A stretch of DNA of 64,000 nucleotides, from NCBI GenBank assembly GCA_963827275.1, contig CAWHAA010000005.1:576001-640000 (forward strand), read 5' to 3'. Shown piece by piece: positions 40,467 to 51,591 of the stretch. The stretch's first letter is position 1, and each line of letters begins with the position of its first letter. The translations under genes and the position numbers were made by a program. A model generated the notes under the pieces. The model saw only the letters and a program-made list of their open reading frames with translations. It was not told where the DNA came from and did not search any database. This stretch comes from an uncultured Spirochaetota bacterium. Its GTDB lineage: Bacteria > Spirochaetota > UBA4802 > UBA5550.

Positions 40467-40636
40467 AGTGTTCTCCTTTATTTCTTGATATCCTGGCATA
40501 CTGAAACTACATGGCCATTACCCGATTACACGGTCTGAATTCAGTAACTTTTCAGCATGCCCGATTGTATAATAGTATACATGATTGTGAAGCATTTGTT
40601 ACACATGCATGCAATTTTATGACAGGAGACACACGG

Positions 40637-41020
40637 ATGAACCACTTCAAAACTCTGGCGCTCACGGTCATTTTGATCATACTAGCGGCCGGATGCTCGA
40701 GAACACGGTATGAACGCCTGATAATCGGCACATGGGAATTGACCGGCGGCCTCTGTGACACGGAAGGAAAGTGCAAGAAGGAGATCATCACCGATGAAGG
40801 CGGGAGGGAGACGTTTACCGCTGACGGCCTCTATCTTTCAGGGCGCATGAGGACCGGCTACGCGGTGAAAGGCGACAGGATCTGGTTGTCATCAGGACGC
40901 GGCTCGTTTGACGCTCCCCATGCTGACATCGTTTCCCTTGAAAGCGGGGTCATGCTGCTGCGCGGTGAAGATGGCATCAGGCGGTACGGGCGGGTCGAGA
41001 AAGAAAAGAAGCCGCGCTGA
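40637..41020 (+). CDS. Hypothetical lipoprotein (lipocalin-like)
   Basis: AAGC lipobox, IIGTW motif, SD AGGAG. Confidence 0.65.
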   Translation: MNHFKTLALTVILIILAAGCSRTRYERLIIGTWELTGGLCDTEGKCKKEIITDEGGRETFTADGLYLSGRMRTGYAVKGDRIWLSSGRGSFDAPHADIVSLESGVMLLRGEDGIRRYGRVEKEKKPR

Positions 41021-41022
41021 TT

Positions 41023-42303
41023 TCAGGACGGGGAAGCGCCGTTGATCCTCTTGACCAGGGTCACCCGGTTCCCGGTTTCATTGTAGTTCATCTCATCAAA
41101 AATCTTTTTCGCCATGATCATTCCCCGGCCATGGGGGGTGTACTCCTGGTTGATTTCGGCCATGTCCCGCTCAAAGAAATTCCGGTAATCAAACCCCTTG
41201 CCGGAATCGGTTATCACGTAACGGGCGGTGTCCTGGTTGATCTCAAATTCGACTTCCACCTGGCGGCCCCGGTAATTCGGGTCGGCCTGCCGGAAGCTCA
41301 TGAAATCGAAATAATTCCCCTGCTCTAACGCCGCCGACTTGTTCTCATATGATATTTCAAGATTGCCGTGCTCTATCGCGTTTATGATAATTTCAACCAG
41401 CGCGAGCCGGACCAGCTCCACGGTATCCGAATCGAGATACCGGTGCAGGTTCCTGGTCATCCGGTCGGTGACGTCCCCCACGAGAAAGAGCTGCGAGCCC
41501 ATTGAAAAGCTCTGCTTCTCCGAGATAAAAAATTTCAGCAGCTCGTCCTCCACCACGCGGTATGCGCGGCCGATAATGAGGTCCCCCCCGCTGATATTGA
41601 TATACTCGAGCCGCACGTTCATGTCGATCGGATCGAGGTTGAAGCGCGAGTTGAAGGCGGTTTTAAAGCTGATCGGGCGGCGGGTCTTCTGAAACATCTC
41701 AAGCTTTTCCCTGACAAAATCAGCCTCTTTGAAGTTCCTGTCGGACGAGGCGTACAGCAGTTCGAAAAACTGTCTCGAGATCACCTCTTCCGGCCGCAGG
41801 TTCAGGTGATTGATCACCGACAGGTTCACCGTCTGCACCCGGAAGGAGTCATCGAGGGTAAATATAATATCGTTGGAGCCCTCGAACAGGCTCTTGTATT
41901 TTCGCTCGCTCTCCTCGAGCTTCTGCTCGTACTCGAAGCGGGTGAAGGCCGTTTCAATCGCCACGAGGAGGTCTTTTTCGCGGTACGGCTTGATGACAAA
42001 GCCAAAGGGGAAGGACTTCTGCACCTCCTCGACGATGTCACGGTCTGAATAAGCGGTCGTGTAAATCACCGGGACATTCAATTTTTTTCGTATTTCCTTC
42101 GACGCCTCGATCCCGTTCATATCTCCGGGCAGCTTGACGTCCATCAGGATAAGCTCCGGGGCCGCCGCAACGCACATATTGATCGCTTCCTCTCCGGTCC
42201 CCGCGATTCCCACCACGGCATACCCCATGTTCTGCAGGATATTCTTGAGGTCAAGCGCCACGATCTGGGCGTCCTCTACGATGAAAATTCTTTTTTGTTT
42301 CAT
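41023..42303 (-). CDS. Receiver-PAS-HATPase_c_2 (RsbW-like anti-sigma kinase) protein
   Basis: VEDA/MDVKL REC; EIIINAIEHGN, DSGKGFD, HGRGM, NETGN. Confidence 0.85.
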   Translation of the reverse strand: MKQKRIFIVEDAQIVALDLKNILQNMGYAVVGIAGTGEEAINMCVAAAPELILMDVKLPGDMNGIEASKEIRKKLNVPVIYTTAYSDRDIVEEVQKSFPFGFVIKPYREKDLLVAIETAFTRFEYEQKLEESERKYKSLFEGSNDIIFTLDDSFRVQTVNLSVINHLNLRPEEVISRQFFELLYASSDRNFKEADFVREKLEMFQKTRRPISFKTAFNSRFNLDPIDMNVRLEYINISGGDLIIGRAYRVVEDELLKFFISEKQSFSMGSQLFLVGDVTDRMTRNLHRYLDSDTVELVRLALVEIIINAIEHGNLEISYENKSAALEQGNYFDFMSFRQADPNYRGRQVEVEFEINQDTARYVITDSGKGFDYRNFFERDMAEINQEYTPHGRGMIMAKKIFDEMNYNETGNRVTLVKRINGASPS

Positions 42304-42612
42304 ACTTTCTGATACTGACTGATACTGACATGCATTATCGGCAACAGGCCGTTAGAGGCGGGACAAGCCGCCCTGTTGCCGGAACAGATTGTTTTACATA
42401 CTATATACATAAATATCTTTCTGTCAATGTTTTAATGTTTATTTTTCATGACCCGGCCGCCGCTTTTCCTGTAACAGATCCAGCGCGCACCATGTCTTAT
42501 GCCGGAGATCATGACACAACATCGGCAACTGCCCGGCGCTTATACAAAACTATCCGGGGCCGGATACAGGCCCGGAGCGGCACAGCAGCGCAAACCAGGC
42601 AATTTCTGAAAA

Positions 42613-43182
42613 ATGGCTTGTGTTAAAACAGTTTTGGTTATATTGAGTGCACCGAGGAGATCATTTTTGCGGATCCGGAAAAAAACAACCACCCGCCCCG
42701 TCACCGCAGCGATTGCATGCGCCGCGGCACTTTTCGTTTTCGCGGCCTTCCTGGGGGCCGATGACACGACGGACCTGAGGGCCCGCATCATCGATACGGC
42801 GAAAAAATATCTCGGGGCGCGCTATAATTACGGTGGCATGGGCGCCAACGGGTTCGATTGCTCGGGGTTCGTCCAGCACGTATTCCGCGAAAACGGCATC
42901 ACGCTCCCCCGTTCAACGCCGGACCAGTTCGAGGGCGGGAAAAAAATAGACCTGGAGGAAGCCAGGCCGGGCGATCTCCTGTTCTTCAGGATCTATAACG
43001 GCCGCATCTCACATGTGGGCATCTTTATGGAAAAATCGGTCTTCATCCACGCCCCCTCCTACGGCAAGCGCGTCTCGTTTGCGGACATGAACCTCGGATA
43101 CTGGAAAAATAAATTTGCCGGTGCGGTTACCTATATCGGCGTGAAAGGCGATGTGCCGAAAGACCGGACATCGGGTCGTTGA
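42613..43182 (+). CDS. NlpC/P60 peptidoglycan peptidase
   Basis: GFDCSGF, LPR, PGDLLFF, SHVGI, FIHA; start uncertain. Confidence 0.9.
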   Translation: MACVKTVLVILSAPRRSFLRIRKKTTTRPVTAAIACAAALFVFAAFLGADDTTDLRARIIDTAKKYLGARYNYGGMGANGFDCSGFVQHVFRENGITLPRSTPDQFEGGKKIDLEEARPGDLLFFRIYNGRISHVGIFMEKSVFIHAPSYGKRVSFADMNLGYWKNKFAGAVTYIGVKGDVPKDRTSGR

Positions 43183-43800
43183 TCACCCCATCTCGAGGGT
43201 GTTGGACACGAGCCTGAACAGCTCCTCCTGCAACGCGCCCCGTTCCATCTCTTTCAGCTTCTTCTTATGTAACACAAAAAAATAATAACTCAATCGAAGC
43301 ACGGCGCCAAGCACGGCATTGCCCGCGACTTCCAGGTTGAAATCTTTCGGAATGTGCCCCCACCGCTGGCCCAGCTCGATATCGTTCAGTATGACCTTCA
43401 GCACCTTGTCCTCGAAGATCCGTACCGCGGTTTCAAAATTTTTATTCACCCCCACCGCGATCCTGAGTATGATGTTCGTCCGGTCCTGGTTATCCCTGAA
43501 AAAATCCGATGTTTTTTTCAGCCGGTGCCGCAGATATTCCTGCGCGTAATAGATCCCCGGCCTGTCACCGCCGAAGTCTTGCAGGCTCAACGATATGGCC
43601 TCTTCCCAGTCGCGAACATAATGCGAAAGGAGCAGCTTGAATATGGCCTCTTTGTTCCTGAAATACTGATAGATGGTCCCTTTCGCCACTCCCGCCATCT
43701 CGACAATATCGGATACCTGCGTCTCATAGTAGCCCTTTCTTGAAAATGCCTTTTCGGCGCAATCAAGGAGATGTTCTTTTGTTTTATCGCTTTTTTTCAT
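43183..43800 (-). CDS. TetR/AcrR-family regulator
   Basis: F-RKGYYET-VSDI-AGVAKGTIYQYFRNKE. Confidence 0.92.
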   Translation of the reverse strand: MKKSDKTKEHLLDCAEKAFSRKGYYETQVSDIVEMAGVAKGTIYQYFRNKEAIFKLLLSHYVRDWEEAISLSLQDFGGDRPGIYYAQEYLRHRLKKTSDFFRDNQDRTNIILRIAVGVNKNFETAVRIFEDKVLKVILNDIELGQRWGHIPKDFNLEVAGNAVLGAVLRLSYYFFVLHKKKLKEMERGALQEELFRLVSNTLEMG

Positions 43801-43875
43801 GGTTGTATCCTCCCGCCGATATTCTGTCGTCTTGCGAGCCCCATCTGTTGATGAGCACCTGTTATACAGGTATCG

Positions 43876-43891
43876 AACTGAAGTGTCAGTT
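43876..43891. promoter_or_regulatory. Candidate TetR operator
   Basis: Perfect inverted repeat AACTGA-agtg-TCAGTT just upstream of the TetR gene. Confidence 0.5.
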
Positions 43892-44227
43892 TTTAATAAT
43901 TGACAAAATTTTATATGATACTAAATTGTTGCTATATGAGTTTTTAATTATGGTGCAATAGTATTATAATTCTTTAGAATTTAATTATCAACAATTATTC
44001 TGATTTACTCATATACTTACATCTTTTACTGGAATAAATATTTTTATAAATATATATTGAAAAAAAATACGTTTACGGGTAGATTGTTATTTAATAATAA
44101 AATATCTTCTTGCCATATATTAAAAACATGCAAGAGTATTTTTTTTCCATTATTCACAAAATTTTATCATTAATAGTTTGAGGTTTAAAAGATCATCTGG
44201 TCGATTTTTGCAAATTACATGATAAAG

Positions 44228-44241
44228 ACCGTCTGGACGGT
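44228..44241. promoter_or_regulatory. Candidate operator upstream of the fadL-like gene
   Basis: ACCGTC-tg-GACGGT palindrome embedded in very AT-rich intergenic DNA. Confidence 0.45.
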
Positions 44242-44480
44242 TATATATTTTTTAAGTCAACATAAGTTATATTTTTATATATTTTAATATTTCTATTTTA
44301 TTTTAAATTATTAAAAGGTTTAATTCCAAACCATTACATATGCGACCCAGGGATAGTTAATGAATCATGCACTGACTATCCTGAACAGCTATAGCAGTAC
44401 GGTGAGGGTATAATACTTGACAGTTGTTAAAAAAGTATTATATGATCACACAATTTTATAAGGAGATAATGGGTGCGGCA

Positions 44481-46013
44481 ATGAAATTAAAAAATTTATC
44501 AATCCTGCTTACGATTTTCGTTTTCATCGGAGTATCATCGAACCTGTTCGCGAACCACTTTGGTGAAACTTTCGGGTTCTCCGCCGAAGGTATGGCGCGC
44601 GGAAACGCAATGACGGCCGTTGTTAATGACTGGTCTTCTGTTTTCTATAACGTGGGGGGCCTGGGAAAATCCCTCAACATAAAGGGAGCGGGTGCCGGCA
44701 GCCAGGGCGGGGAAATGACCCTGAAACTCAGGAAGAACGATGCCGGAGGAGATTCGGGAGAGAAAGAATTCTACCCGAACCAATTCGCATTGGGAGTAAT
44801 GTATGTATTCCCGCAGCTCAAGCTGAACATCCAGCGCTTCGGGACAACCAGCACCGGTTCATTCATCCCTGTTACCACCGAAGCTTCCAACAAGCAGGAC
44901 CCGTACGGTTTTATCACGGTCGGCGGCGTCCTCGACCTCAATAACGTCGTGAAGCTGCCTGACCTTATCTCGACGGCCCGCCTGGGCGTCGGCCTGGGGC
45001 TGAACGCAGACCTGACCGTTGCGAAGGTCAACGACATCGACCCGCGGACCCACAACTTCCTCCGCTACGGCAAGGAAATCTCCCGCCTGGCCCTCATGGT
45101 GGGCGCGGGCATGGGGTTCCTGAATGACGCCTTCGGCGGCGGCATCGGATTTCACGGCAACTTTAACGGGAAAGGAAAGATGTTCATGGAAGCCCAGCTT
45201 ACCGCGAACCCGCAGATCCCCATCGCGCAGACAAACATGGACCTCGGCCTTGCACCCGGCGCCATCGCCGGCGTATACATCAGCCCGGGCAGAATCTTCA
45301 GCGCAATTGAAGGCCTCGAGCTCGGCGCGTCGTACCGGATGGAAAACAAGATGAAGGTCGAGCCCTTTGACGCGGCGGCCTCAATACTGGGCGGCGTCAT
45401 CAACATGAACCTGATGCTCGAGATCTTTGACTACTATTCACCCCACATCATTACGGGCGGCATCGCGTACAGCCGCTGGGGACTCACGTTGTCGGCTGAC
45501 CTCAACTACGAGATGTGGTCGCGCATGATGGTGGGCAAATCGACGAAATACCATTACTATTCACTGCCGAAGTTTAACGACACGCTTTCATACAAGGTCG
45601 GTCTCAAGTACAACACCCCGGTCTCCTGGCTGGCGGTCATGGTCGGCTATTCATACGTGCCCAGCATCCTGGACAAAAAGACCGGCACCATGTACGCCTT
45701 CCGGCTGGGAACGGTGCAAAACCTGCTGCAGACCGGCATGTATAACATGATGGACAACAACAAGCACCTCGCATCGCTGGGATTCACCTTCACAATCCCG
45801 AAGATGTGGAAGCTCGGCGGCATGGTCGTCATCACCGCATCCTACCAGTTCCAGTACCTGGAAACGGTAAGTGTTTCGAGAAACGGCCTGAGCATCGATC
45901 TTGCGACCGGGGCCCAGGACCCCGCGATGATCAACGCATACCTGCTGAACCCGAGCTATTCATACGGCGGGATGAACCACAGCATATTCTTCGAAGTCGG
46001 CATGAAGATATAA
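44481..46013 (+). CDS. OmpP1/FadL-family outer-membrane lipid transporter
   Basis: Signal peptide; G-SAEGMARGNA-TA-D-SSVFYN-GL hatch motif; beta-strand pattern; start could be 44469. Confidence 0.75.
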   Translation: MKLKNLSILLTIFVFIGVSSNLFANHFGETFGFSAEGMARGNAMTAVVNDWSSVFYNVGGLGKSLNIKGAGAGSQGGEMTLKLRKNDAGGDSGEKEFYPNQFALGVMYVFPQLKLNIQRFGTTSTGSFIPVTTEASNKQDPYGFITVGGVLDLNNVVKLPDLISTARLGVGLGLNADLTVAKVNDIDPRTHNFLRYGKEISRLALMVGAGMGFLNDAFGGGIGFHGNFNGKGKMFMEAQLTANPQIPIAQTNMDLGLAPGAIAGVYISPGRIFSAIEGLELGASYRMENKMKVEPFDAAASILGGVINMNLMLEIFDYYSPHIITGGIAYSRWGLTLSADLNYEMWSRMMVGKSTKYHYYSLPKFNDTLSYKVGLKYNTPVSWLAVMVGYSYVPSILDKKTGTMYAFRLGTVQNLLQTGMYNMMDNNKHLASLGFTFTIPKMWKLGGMVVITASYQFQYLETVSVSRNGLSIDLATGAQDPAMINAYLLNPSYSYGGMNHSIFFEVGMKI

Positions 46014-46036
46014 CGCGCCATCTGCATGACAACCCG

Positions 46037-46064
46037 AAGCCGGGCCCTCGGGCCCGGCTTTTTT
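46037..46064 (+). terminator. Intrinsic terminator
   Basis: AAGCCGGGCC-ctcg-GGCCCGGCTT followed by T-run. Confidence 0.88.
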
Positions 46065-46080
46065 ATCGGCGGAGCAAACA

Positions 46081-47244
46081 ATGCCCGATCACCCGGCAAC
46101 CATCCTGCAGCCGGCCCGCTATTTCAATGGACGCGGGCCCGTACGCTCTTTCTTCGCACCGGGGAGGATCAATATCATCGGCGAACACCTCGACTATAAC
46201 GGCGGATACGTGTTCCCGGCCGCGATATCCCTGGGCATAACGGGATGGGTCCAGGACAGGGAGGACCGCCTCATCAGGATCGCCTCTGAACAGGCGCCCG
46301 GCGAGGTCATTGCCGACCTCGACCGTCTCCCCGGCGATACTGCCACGGGGACGTGGGGCGATTATCCGCTGGGAGCGGTCCGCTACCTGTTGAAAAGCGG
46401 CCATGCGATCGAACGGGGGAAAAACCTCCTCTACGCAAGCACCCTCCCCCAGGGGGCCGGGCTTTCTTCCTCGGCTGCGCTGGAGGTCCTGACCGCGTTC
46501 ATGCTCACCGCGGACTCATGCAAAACACCGGAGGACCGTGTCCGCATGGCGCGTCTCATGAGCGCCATGGAAAATGAATGGATCGGCGTCCGCTGCGGCA
46601 TCATGGACCAGTTTGCCGTGGCGCTCGGCAGGAAGGGGCACGCGATCCTGCTCGATTCGGGGAGCCTTGAATATGACTATGTGCCCCTGCCCGCCGGCGG
46701 CCCCGCCCTTGTCATCATGAACAGCAACCGCCCCAGGGAGCTTGCGGACTCGAAATACAATGAGCGGCGCGCCCAGTGCGAGGAGGCCCTCTCCCGTATC
46801 AGGGAAAAGAGGGGCGGCACCGGCGCCCTCGCCCGCGCCGACGCCGCGGACCTCGAGCTCATCAGTGACGACACCCTCCGCAGGCGCGCCCGTCATGTCA
46901 TATCAGAACAGCGCCGGGTGATCGAGTCAACCGCGGCCCTCAACCGGGGCGACCATGAACTGTTCGGCAGGCTCCTCTCCGGGTCCCACCGGTCTTTGAG
47001 GGACGACTACGAGGTCACCGGTCAGGAGCTTGACGCGCTGGTTGCGGCGGCGGAACGCTCGCCCGGGTGCATGGGCGCGCGCATGACCGGCGCCGGCTTC
47101 GGCGGCTGTGCCATCGCCCTGGTCAGCGGGCCTGAAATCAGCCGGTTCCGGAAACGCGCAGGAGATGAATATCATGCGGCAACCGGGCTGTCCGCGGATT
47201 TTTACGAGTTTACTCCGGAAAACGGCGTCCACGAGATAAAATAA
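46081..47244 (+). CDS. galK: Galactokinase
   Basis: APGRINIIGEHLDYNGG, GAGLSSSAALE, CGIMDQ, GARMTGAGFGG. Confidence 0.95.
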   Translation: MPDHPATILQPARYFNGRGPVRSFFAPGRINIIGEHLDYNGGYVFPAAISLGITGWVQDREDRLIRIASEQAPGEVIADLDRLPGDTATGTWGDYPLGAVRYLLKSGHAIERGKNLLYASTLPQGAGLSSSAALEVLTAFMLTADSCKTPEDRVRMARLMSAMENEWIGVRCGIMDQFAVALGRKGHAILLDSGSLEYDYVPLPAGGPALVIMNSNRPRELADSKYNERRAQCEEALSRIREKRGGTGALARADAADLELISDDTLRRRARHVISEQRRVIESTAALNRGDHELFGRLLSGSHRSLRDDYEVTGQELDALVAAAERSPGCMGARMTGAGFGGCAIALVSGPEISRFRKRAGDEYHAATGLSADFYEFTPENGVHEIK

Positions 47245-47505
47245 CAGCCGCCGATCATTTCCGGACCATGGTCAGGCCGACTGGACGGGTCCGTAGCTCA
47301 CGATGGATTTTTATAACCGGTAAAAAAAATTATTATACAATAAACGCTCCATAGGTCATTATGGCATTGTAGTCCATGCTGCTCCGCCCTGTCATGAAAG
47401 CGGGCAGGCAGCATGAAGCATTGCAATCGCATAGAGAACGAGGGGAATGAATAAAAAAAATCCCGCCTCAAAAGTGACGATACATATTACCGTTGAGGTC
47501 ATATC

Positions 47506-49515
47506 ATGAACTTGAAACGGGGAACAATACGATACCAGTTCGGCAAGCGTGAATACACGCTTTCATTCACTCCCGGAATTCCCGCCTCGTCCCGGGGAAT
47601 GGAAGTTCTCTCGGAAATGATACACCTCGACCAGGGCTGGCGGGTGAAGATCGCACTTGTGCCTGAAGCCCCTGTCACGATCAAAGAAGCGTTTCTGGAA
47701 ATCAACTACCGCTTTACCGGCGATGACCGGATCTACTGCAACGGGTTCCAGTCGTGGACCGAAAGCCGCGAATATTATCCGAATGAAAAAATGAAAAAAC
47801 TCTCCCTTTCGTCGCGGAAGTTCAAGATACACCGCATCGGGGACTACCACTTCTATCCCTACTCCGGCGGCACGGGACAGCTTCACAGCCACATGTACTG
47901 CTATATCAAGCAAAAGACCGGCGACCTGAGCTTTCTCGGGTCGCTCGGCGAAGATACCGGCTATACCATTTTCGCCTGCGATACCAAAAAAAACTTCATT
48001 AAAATAATCAAGGACGTCGAAGGCCTGGAAATAGCGGTACGCCACGACCTCATGGACATCATGCTCACGCAGGGGCCCGAACGGGACATTCTGCCGGCCT
48101 ATTTCGACGGGCTCTGCCCCGGGCTCGAAACGCGGTGGCCGGCCACCGGATGGACAAGCTGGTACAAGCACTACACGAACATATCCGAGGATATCATCCT
48201 CGACAACCTGTCGTCCTTCACGAAGAACAACATCCCCATCGATATTTTCCAGGTCGATGACGGCTACCAGGCCGCCGTGGGCGACTGGCTCGACGTAAAG
48301 CCTTCCTTCCCGAACGGGATGAAGCATATCGCCGATACGATCAGGGCTGCGGGCCGGGTGCCCGGCATATGGCTCGCCCCGTTCATCTGCGAGGAAGGAT
48401 CGAAGATAATGAAGGACCATCCCGACTGGCTCCTCATGTCCGGCGGCAAGCCGGTGACGGCCGGATGGAACCCGAACTGGAGCGGGACCTTTTACGCCCT
48501 CGACGCGAATAACGACGAGTTTCTCTACCATGTCCGCGAGGTATTCGATACCGTGCTCAACCAGTGGGGGTTCGACCTGGTGAAGCTCGATTTTCTCTAC
48601 GCGGCGGCGATGGTCCCGCGCGCGGGCAAGACGCGCGGCACCATCATGGCCGAAGCCATGAAATTCCTGCGCCGGTGCGCGGGCGACAGGCTGGTCCTGG
48701 CCTGCGGGGTGCCGCTGGGCGCGGCGTTCGGCATGACGGACTTCTGCCGCGTGGGGAGCGATGTGGCCCCGAAATGGGAAGACCACCTCCTCTCGGCGCT
48801 ACATTACCGCGAGCGCGTCTCGACCGCGAACTCCCTGGCCAGCACGGTCGGGAGGGCGCACCTGAACGGCCGCGTCTTTGTAAACGACCCGGACGCCGTC
48901 ATCCTCCGGAATGAAAACAATTCAATGAGCCGCGAAGAACGCTTCACGCTGTTCCTGCTGAACAATATCCTGGGCGGCCTTCTCTTCACGTCCGACGACA
49001 TCGCCGCGTACCCTCCGGACATCATGCGCACGTACCTGTCGCTCTTCCCCTTCAAAAAAAAGGAAGGTGTCCAGATTACAATCACCGACCTCGTCCGGAT
49101 ATCCTTCCGGATCGGGGCCAACCAATACGTGGCCTACGCCAACCTCTCATCCCGCCGCGCGAAAGCGGTGCTTGGAGAGGGCGTCTTTTTCTGCGCCGGC
49201 CTGGACGAAGAAGACCGGTTTACTCCCGGCGGCACCGAGATAACACTCAGGCCGCATGAGTCGCGATGCTACCTCGCGCTCAGGGAAGAATTTTTCAGCG
49301 TTGCCGGCACAACGGCGCACCTTTTTCCCGGCAGCGAAATAGTCTCGTGCGAGCAGAAGGGAGAAGCGATCACCATCACCCAGCACAAGCAGGTGAGAAA
49401 CGGCAACACGGTATACCTGAGGGCCCCCAATATCGGGCAGTATATCATCAACGGAACACCGGTCACCGCCCGGAAGATATGGGAAAAGCTGTTCATTCTG
49501 CAAATCGATATATAA
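47506..49515 (+). CDS. Alpha-galactosidase (GH36/melibiase family)
   Basis: GWTSWY, QVDDGYQ, PGIWLAPF, KLDFLY, NDPD. Confidence 0.85.
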   Translation: MNLKRGTIRYQFGKREYTLSFTPGIPASSRGMEVLSEMIHLDQGWRVKIALVPEAPVTIKEAFLEINYRFTGDDRIYCNGFQSWTESREYYPNEKMKKLSLSSRKFKIHRIGDYHFYPYSGGTGQLHSHMYCYIKQKTGDLSFLGSLGEDTGYTIFACDTKKNFIKIIKDVEGLEIAVRHDLMDIMLTQGPERDILPAYFDGLCPGLETRWPATGWTSWYKHYTNISEDIILDNLSSFTKNNIPIDIFQVDDGYQAAVGDWLDVKPSFPNGMKHIADTIRAAGRVPGIWLAPFICEEGSKIMKDHPDWLLMSGGKPVTAGWNPNWSGTFYALDANNDEFLYHVREVFDTVLNQWGFDLVKLDFLYAAAMVPRAGKTRGTIMAEAMKFLRRCAGDRLVLACGVPLGAAFGMTDFCRVGSDVAPKWEDHLLSALHYRERVSTANSLASTVGRAHLNGRVFVNDPDAVILRNENNSMSREERFTLFLLNNILGGLLFTSDDIAAYPPDIMRTYLSLFPFKKKEGVQITITDLVRISFRIGANQYVAYANLSSRRAKAVLGEGVFFCAGLDEEDRFTPGGTEITLRPHESRCYLALREEFFSVAGTTAHLFPGSEIVSCEQKGEAITITQHKQVRNGNTVYLRAPNIGQYIINGTPVTARKIWEKLFILQIDI

Positions 49516-49570
49516 CCGGGGCCAGGAAATCCGTCTGTTCCGGTTCCGCACCCCACACAAGGAGGACGAC

Positions 49571-50878
49571 ATGGTACCGTACCTCTTGCCTGAAAATTTT
49601 TACCTCGGAACTGCGACCGCGGCCCTGCAGATAGAGGGGGGTGATATCAACAACACGTGGCTCCGCTGGTGCCGGCAGGCTGGCCGGATCAAGGACGGGA
49701 GCGACTGCCGCGTGGCCGATGACCACTGGAACAGGGTCAGGGAGGACATCGGCATCATGAAGAAGCTGAACGTGACGGCCTACCGCATGGGCCTGGAGTG
49801 GAGCCGCATCCAGCCTGACGAAGACAGCTTCGACCGCGACGCGCTCGAGCATTACCGCGACGAGATCAGCCAGCTGAAAAAAGCGGGCATTCAACCGCTG
49901 ATTACCCTGCACCATTTTTCGAACCCCATCTGGATGGAGGACTCGGGCGGGTGGACAGACGAATCATCGGTCCACCGCTTCGAGCGTTACGCCGAGGTCG
50001 CCGCCCGCTATTTCGGCGACATTGCAAGCGACTGGGTAACCATCAACGAGCCGAACGTCTATCTCCTTTTCGGCTATGTCGCCGGCACATGGCCGCCGGG
50101 CGGGCACAGCATCATCAAATACATGCAGGGCGCGCGGAACATGATCCGGGCGCACATCGCCGCGTACCGGAAAATCCACGAGGTGCGGAAGGCCATGGGG
50201 CACGGCGACACGAAGGTCGGCGTGGCGCACCATCTCCGCGTATTCGAGCCGAAGCGGGGTACCGCGGGAGAGCGCCTCGCGGCCTTTCTGCAAAACCGGC
50301 TCTTTCACGAGATATTCATCACCGGCATGTCCGAGGGGCGATACATCCTGCCGATCGGCGCCGGGTACCCCATGGGCAGGGGAAACTACCAGGACTTCCT
50401 CGGCATCAACTACTACACACGGGAGATGGTCTCGTTCGACATTACGAAGCCGGGGCAGATGTTCGGCGACATCAGCACCCGGGAGGGCGCCCCGGTGAAC
50501 GACCTGGGGTGGGAGCTCTACCCCGAAGGCCTGTACCGGTTCTGCGAAAAATATTACCGCCGCTTCAGGGTCCCCATCTATATCACTGAAAACGGCACCG
50601 CCGACGCCGCAGACCGCTTCAGGACAAAATACATCTACGACCACCTCTTGCAGGTGTCACGCCTGATAGCGGCGGGCGTCGATGTGCAGCGCTACTATCA
50701 CTGGAGCTTCATGGACAACTTCGAATGGGCCGAGGGGCTGGAGCCGCGGTTCGGCCTGGTGGCCGTGGACTATACAACGCAGAAGCGGACGATACGGGAA
50801 AGCGGGAAATTCTACGCCGAGCTGTGCAAACACCGTGGCGTCACGGAAGGGATGATACGAAAGTATCTCAAGAGCTGA
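49571..50878 (+). CDS. GH1 beta-glycosidase
   Basis: QIEGG, EWSRI, TINEP acid/base, ITENG nucleophile, DNFEW. Confidence 0.95.
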   Translation: MVPYLLPENFYLGTATAALQIEGGDINNTWLRWCRQAGRIKDGSDCRVADDHWNRVREDIGIMKKLNVTAYRMGLEWSRIQPDEDSFDRDALEHYRDEISQLKKAGIQPLITLHHFSNPIWMEDSGGWTDESSVHRFERYAEVAARYFGDIASDWVTINEPNVYLLFGYVAGTWPPGGHSIIKYMQGARNMIRAHIAAYRKIHEVRKAMGHGDTKVGVAHHLRVFEPKRGTAGERLAAFLQNRLFHEIFITGMSEGRYILPIGAGYPMGRGNYQDFLGINYYTREMVSFDITKPGQMFGDISTREGAPVNDLGWELYPEGLYRFCEKYYRRFRVPIYITENGTADAADRFRTKYIYDHLLQVSRLIAAGVDVQRYYHWSFMDNFEWAEGLEPRFGLVAVDYTTQKRTIRESGKFYAELCKHRGVTEGMIRKYLKS

Positions 50879-50916
50879 TCCGGGGCCGCTGACGGCGCGG
50901 CCCCGGCCGGCAGCCG

Positions 50917-51430
50917 CTATTTCTGTAAATTTACCAGCACTTCACCCGCAAGGGCATTCATGCTGTTGTACACCCTCGCACCGAAGCCCCACCAGGGGCT
51001 GTACGAGAATTCGTGGGTCACGACGGTGGCGCGCTTGACCACTTTACCGCTTGCCGCGTCAACATACTCGATGCCGCACTTGACCGTGTAGTTCGACTCG
51101 CTCAGCGAGGCATTGCTGAACTTTACCAGCAACTGTTTCCGCGTCGCGCGGAGCGGCCGCTCCCTTCGTGGCGACGCCGGTCACCGTCCAGCCCTTGAAA
51201 TAGCCCTTTACAAACTTCTGAAGATTTTCATTCTGCGCCTTTATCTCCTGCGCCCATTCGGCCTGTTTCGGATAGCCGTACTTTTTCCAGTTCTGCTCTC
51301 CAAGGTCGAGCCATCCCACATGGACCTTTTTGTATTTCTGGAATTCCGCTTTTACCTGGGCACTGCCGCAGCCTGACGCAAGAATGGCGGCGCACGCAAC
51401 GAGACAGGCCAGCATTGTTAATTTTTTCAT
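50917..51430 (-). CDS. Hypothetical lipoprotein, frameshifted near 51133
   Basis: ASGC lipobox, SD GGAGG; ORFs 51059-51430 and 50917-51132 join on removing one base. Confidence 0.65.
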
Positions 51431-51591
51431 GTAATCCTCCTAAAATTTGTATTTGTATGTTATATAAAAAAGCAATTCTGCTTTTTTCCGGGGAATAAGA
51501 CGGCTTTTAAAACTCCACGGGAAGCCGGTAGATAAACAGTGTCTGCATGAAGGCGCCCGTCAAGCAAATATTTGATGCGGGTGATGTGAGG

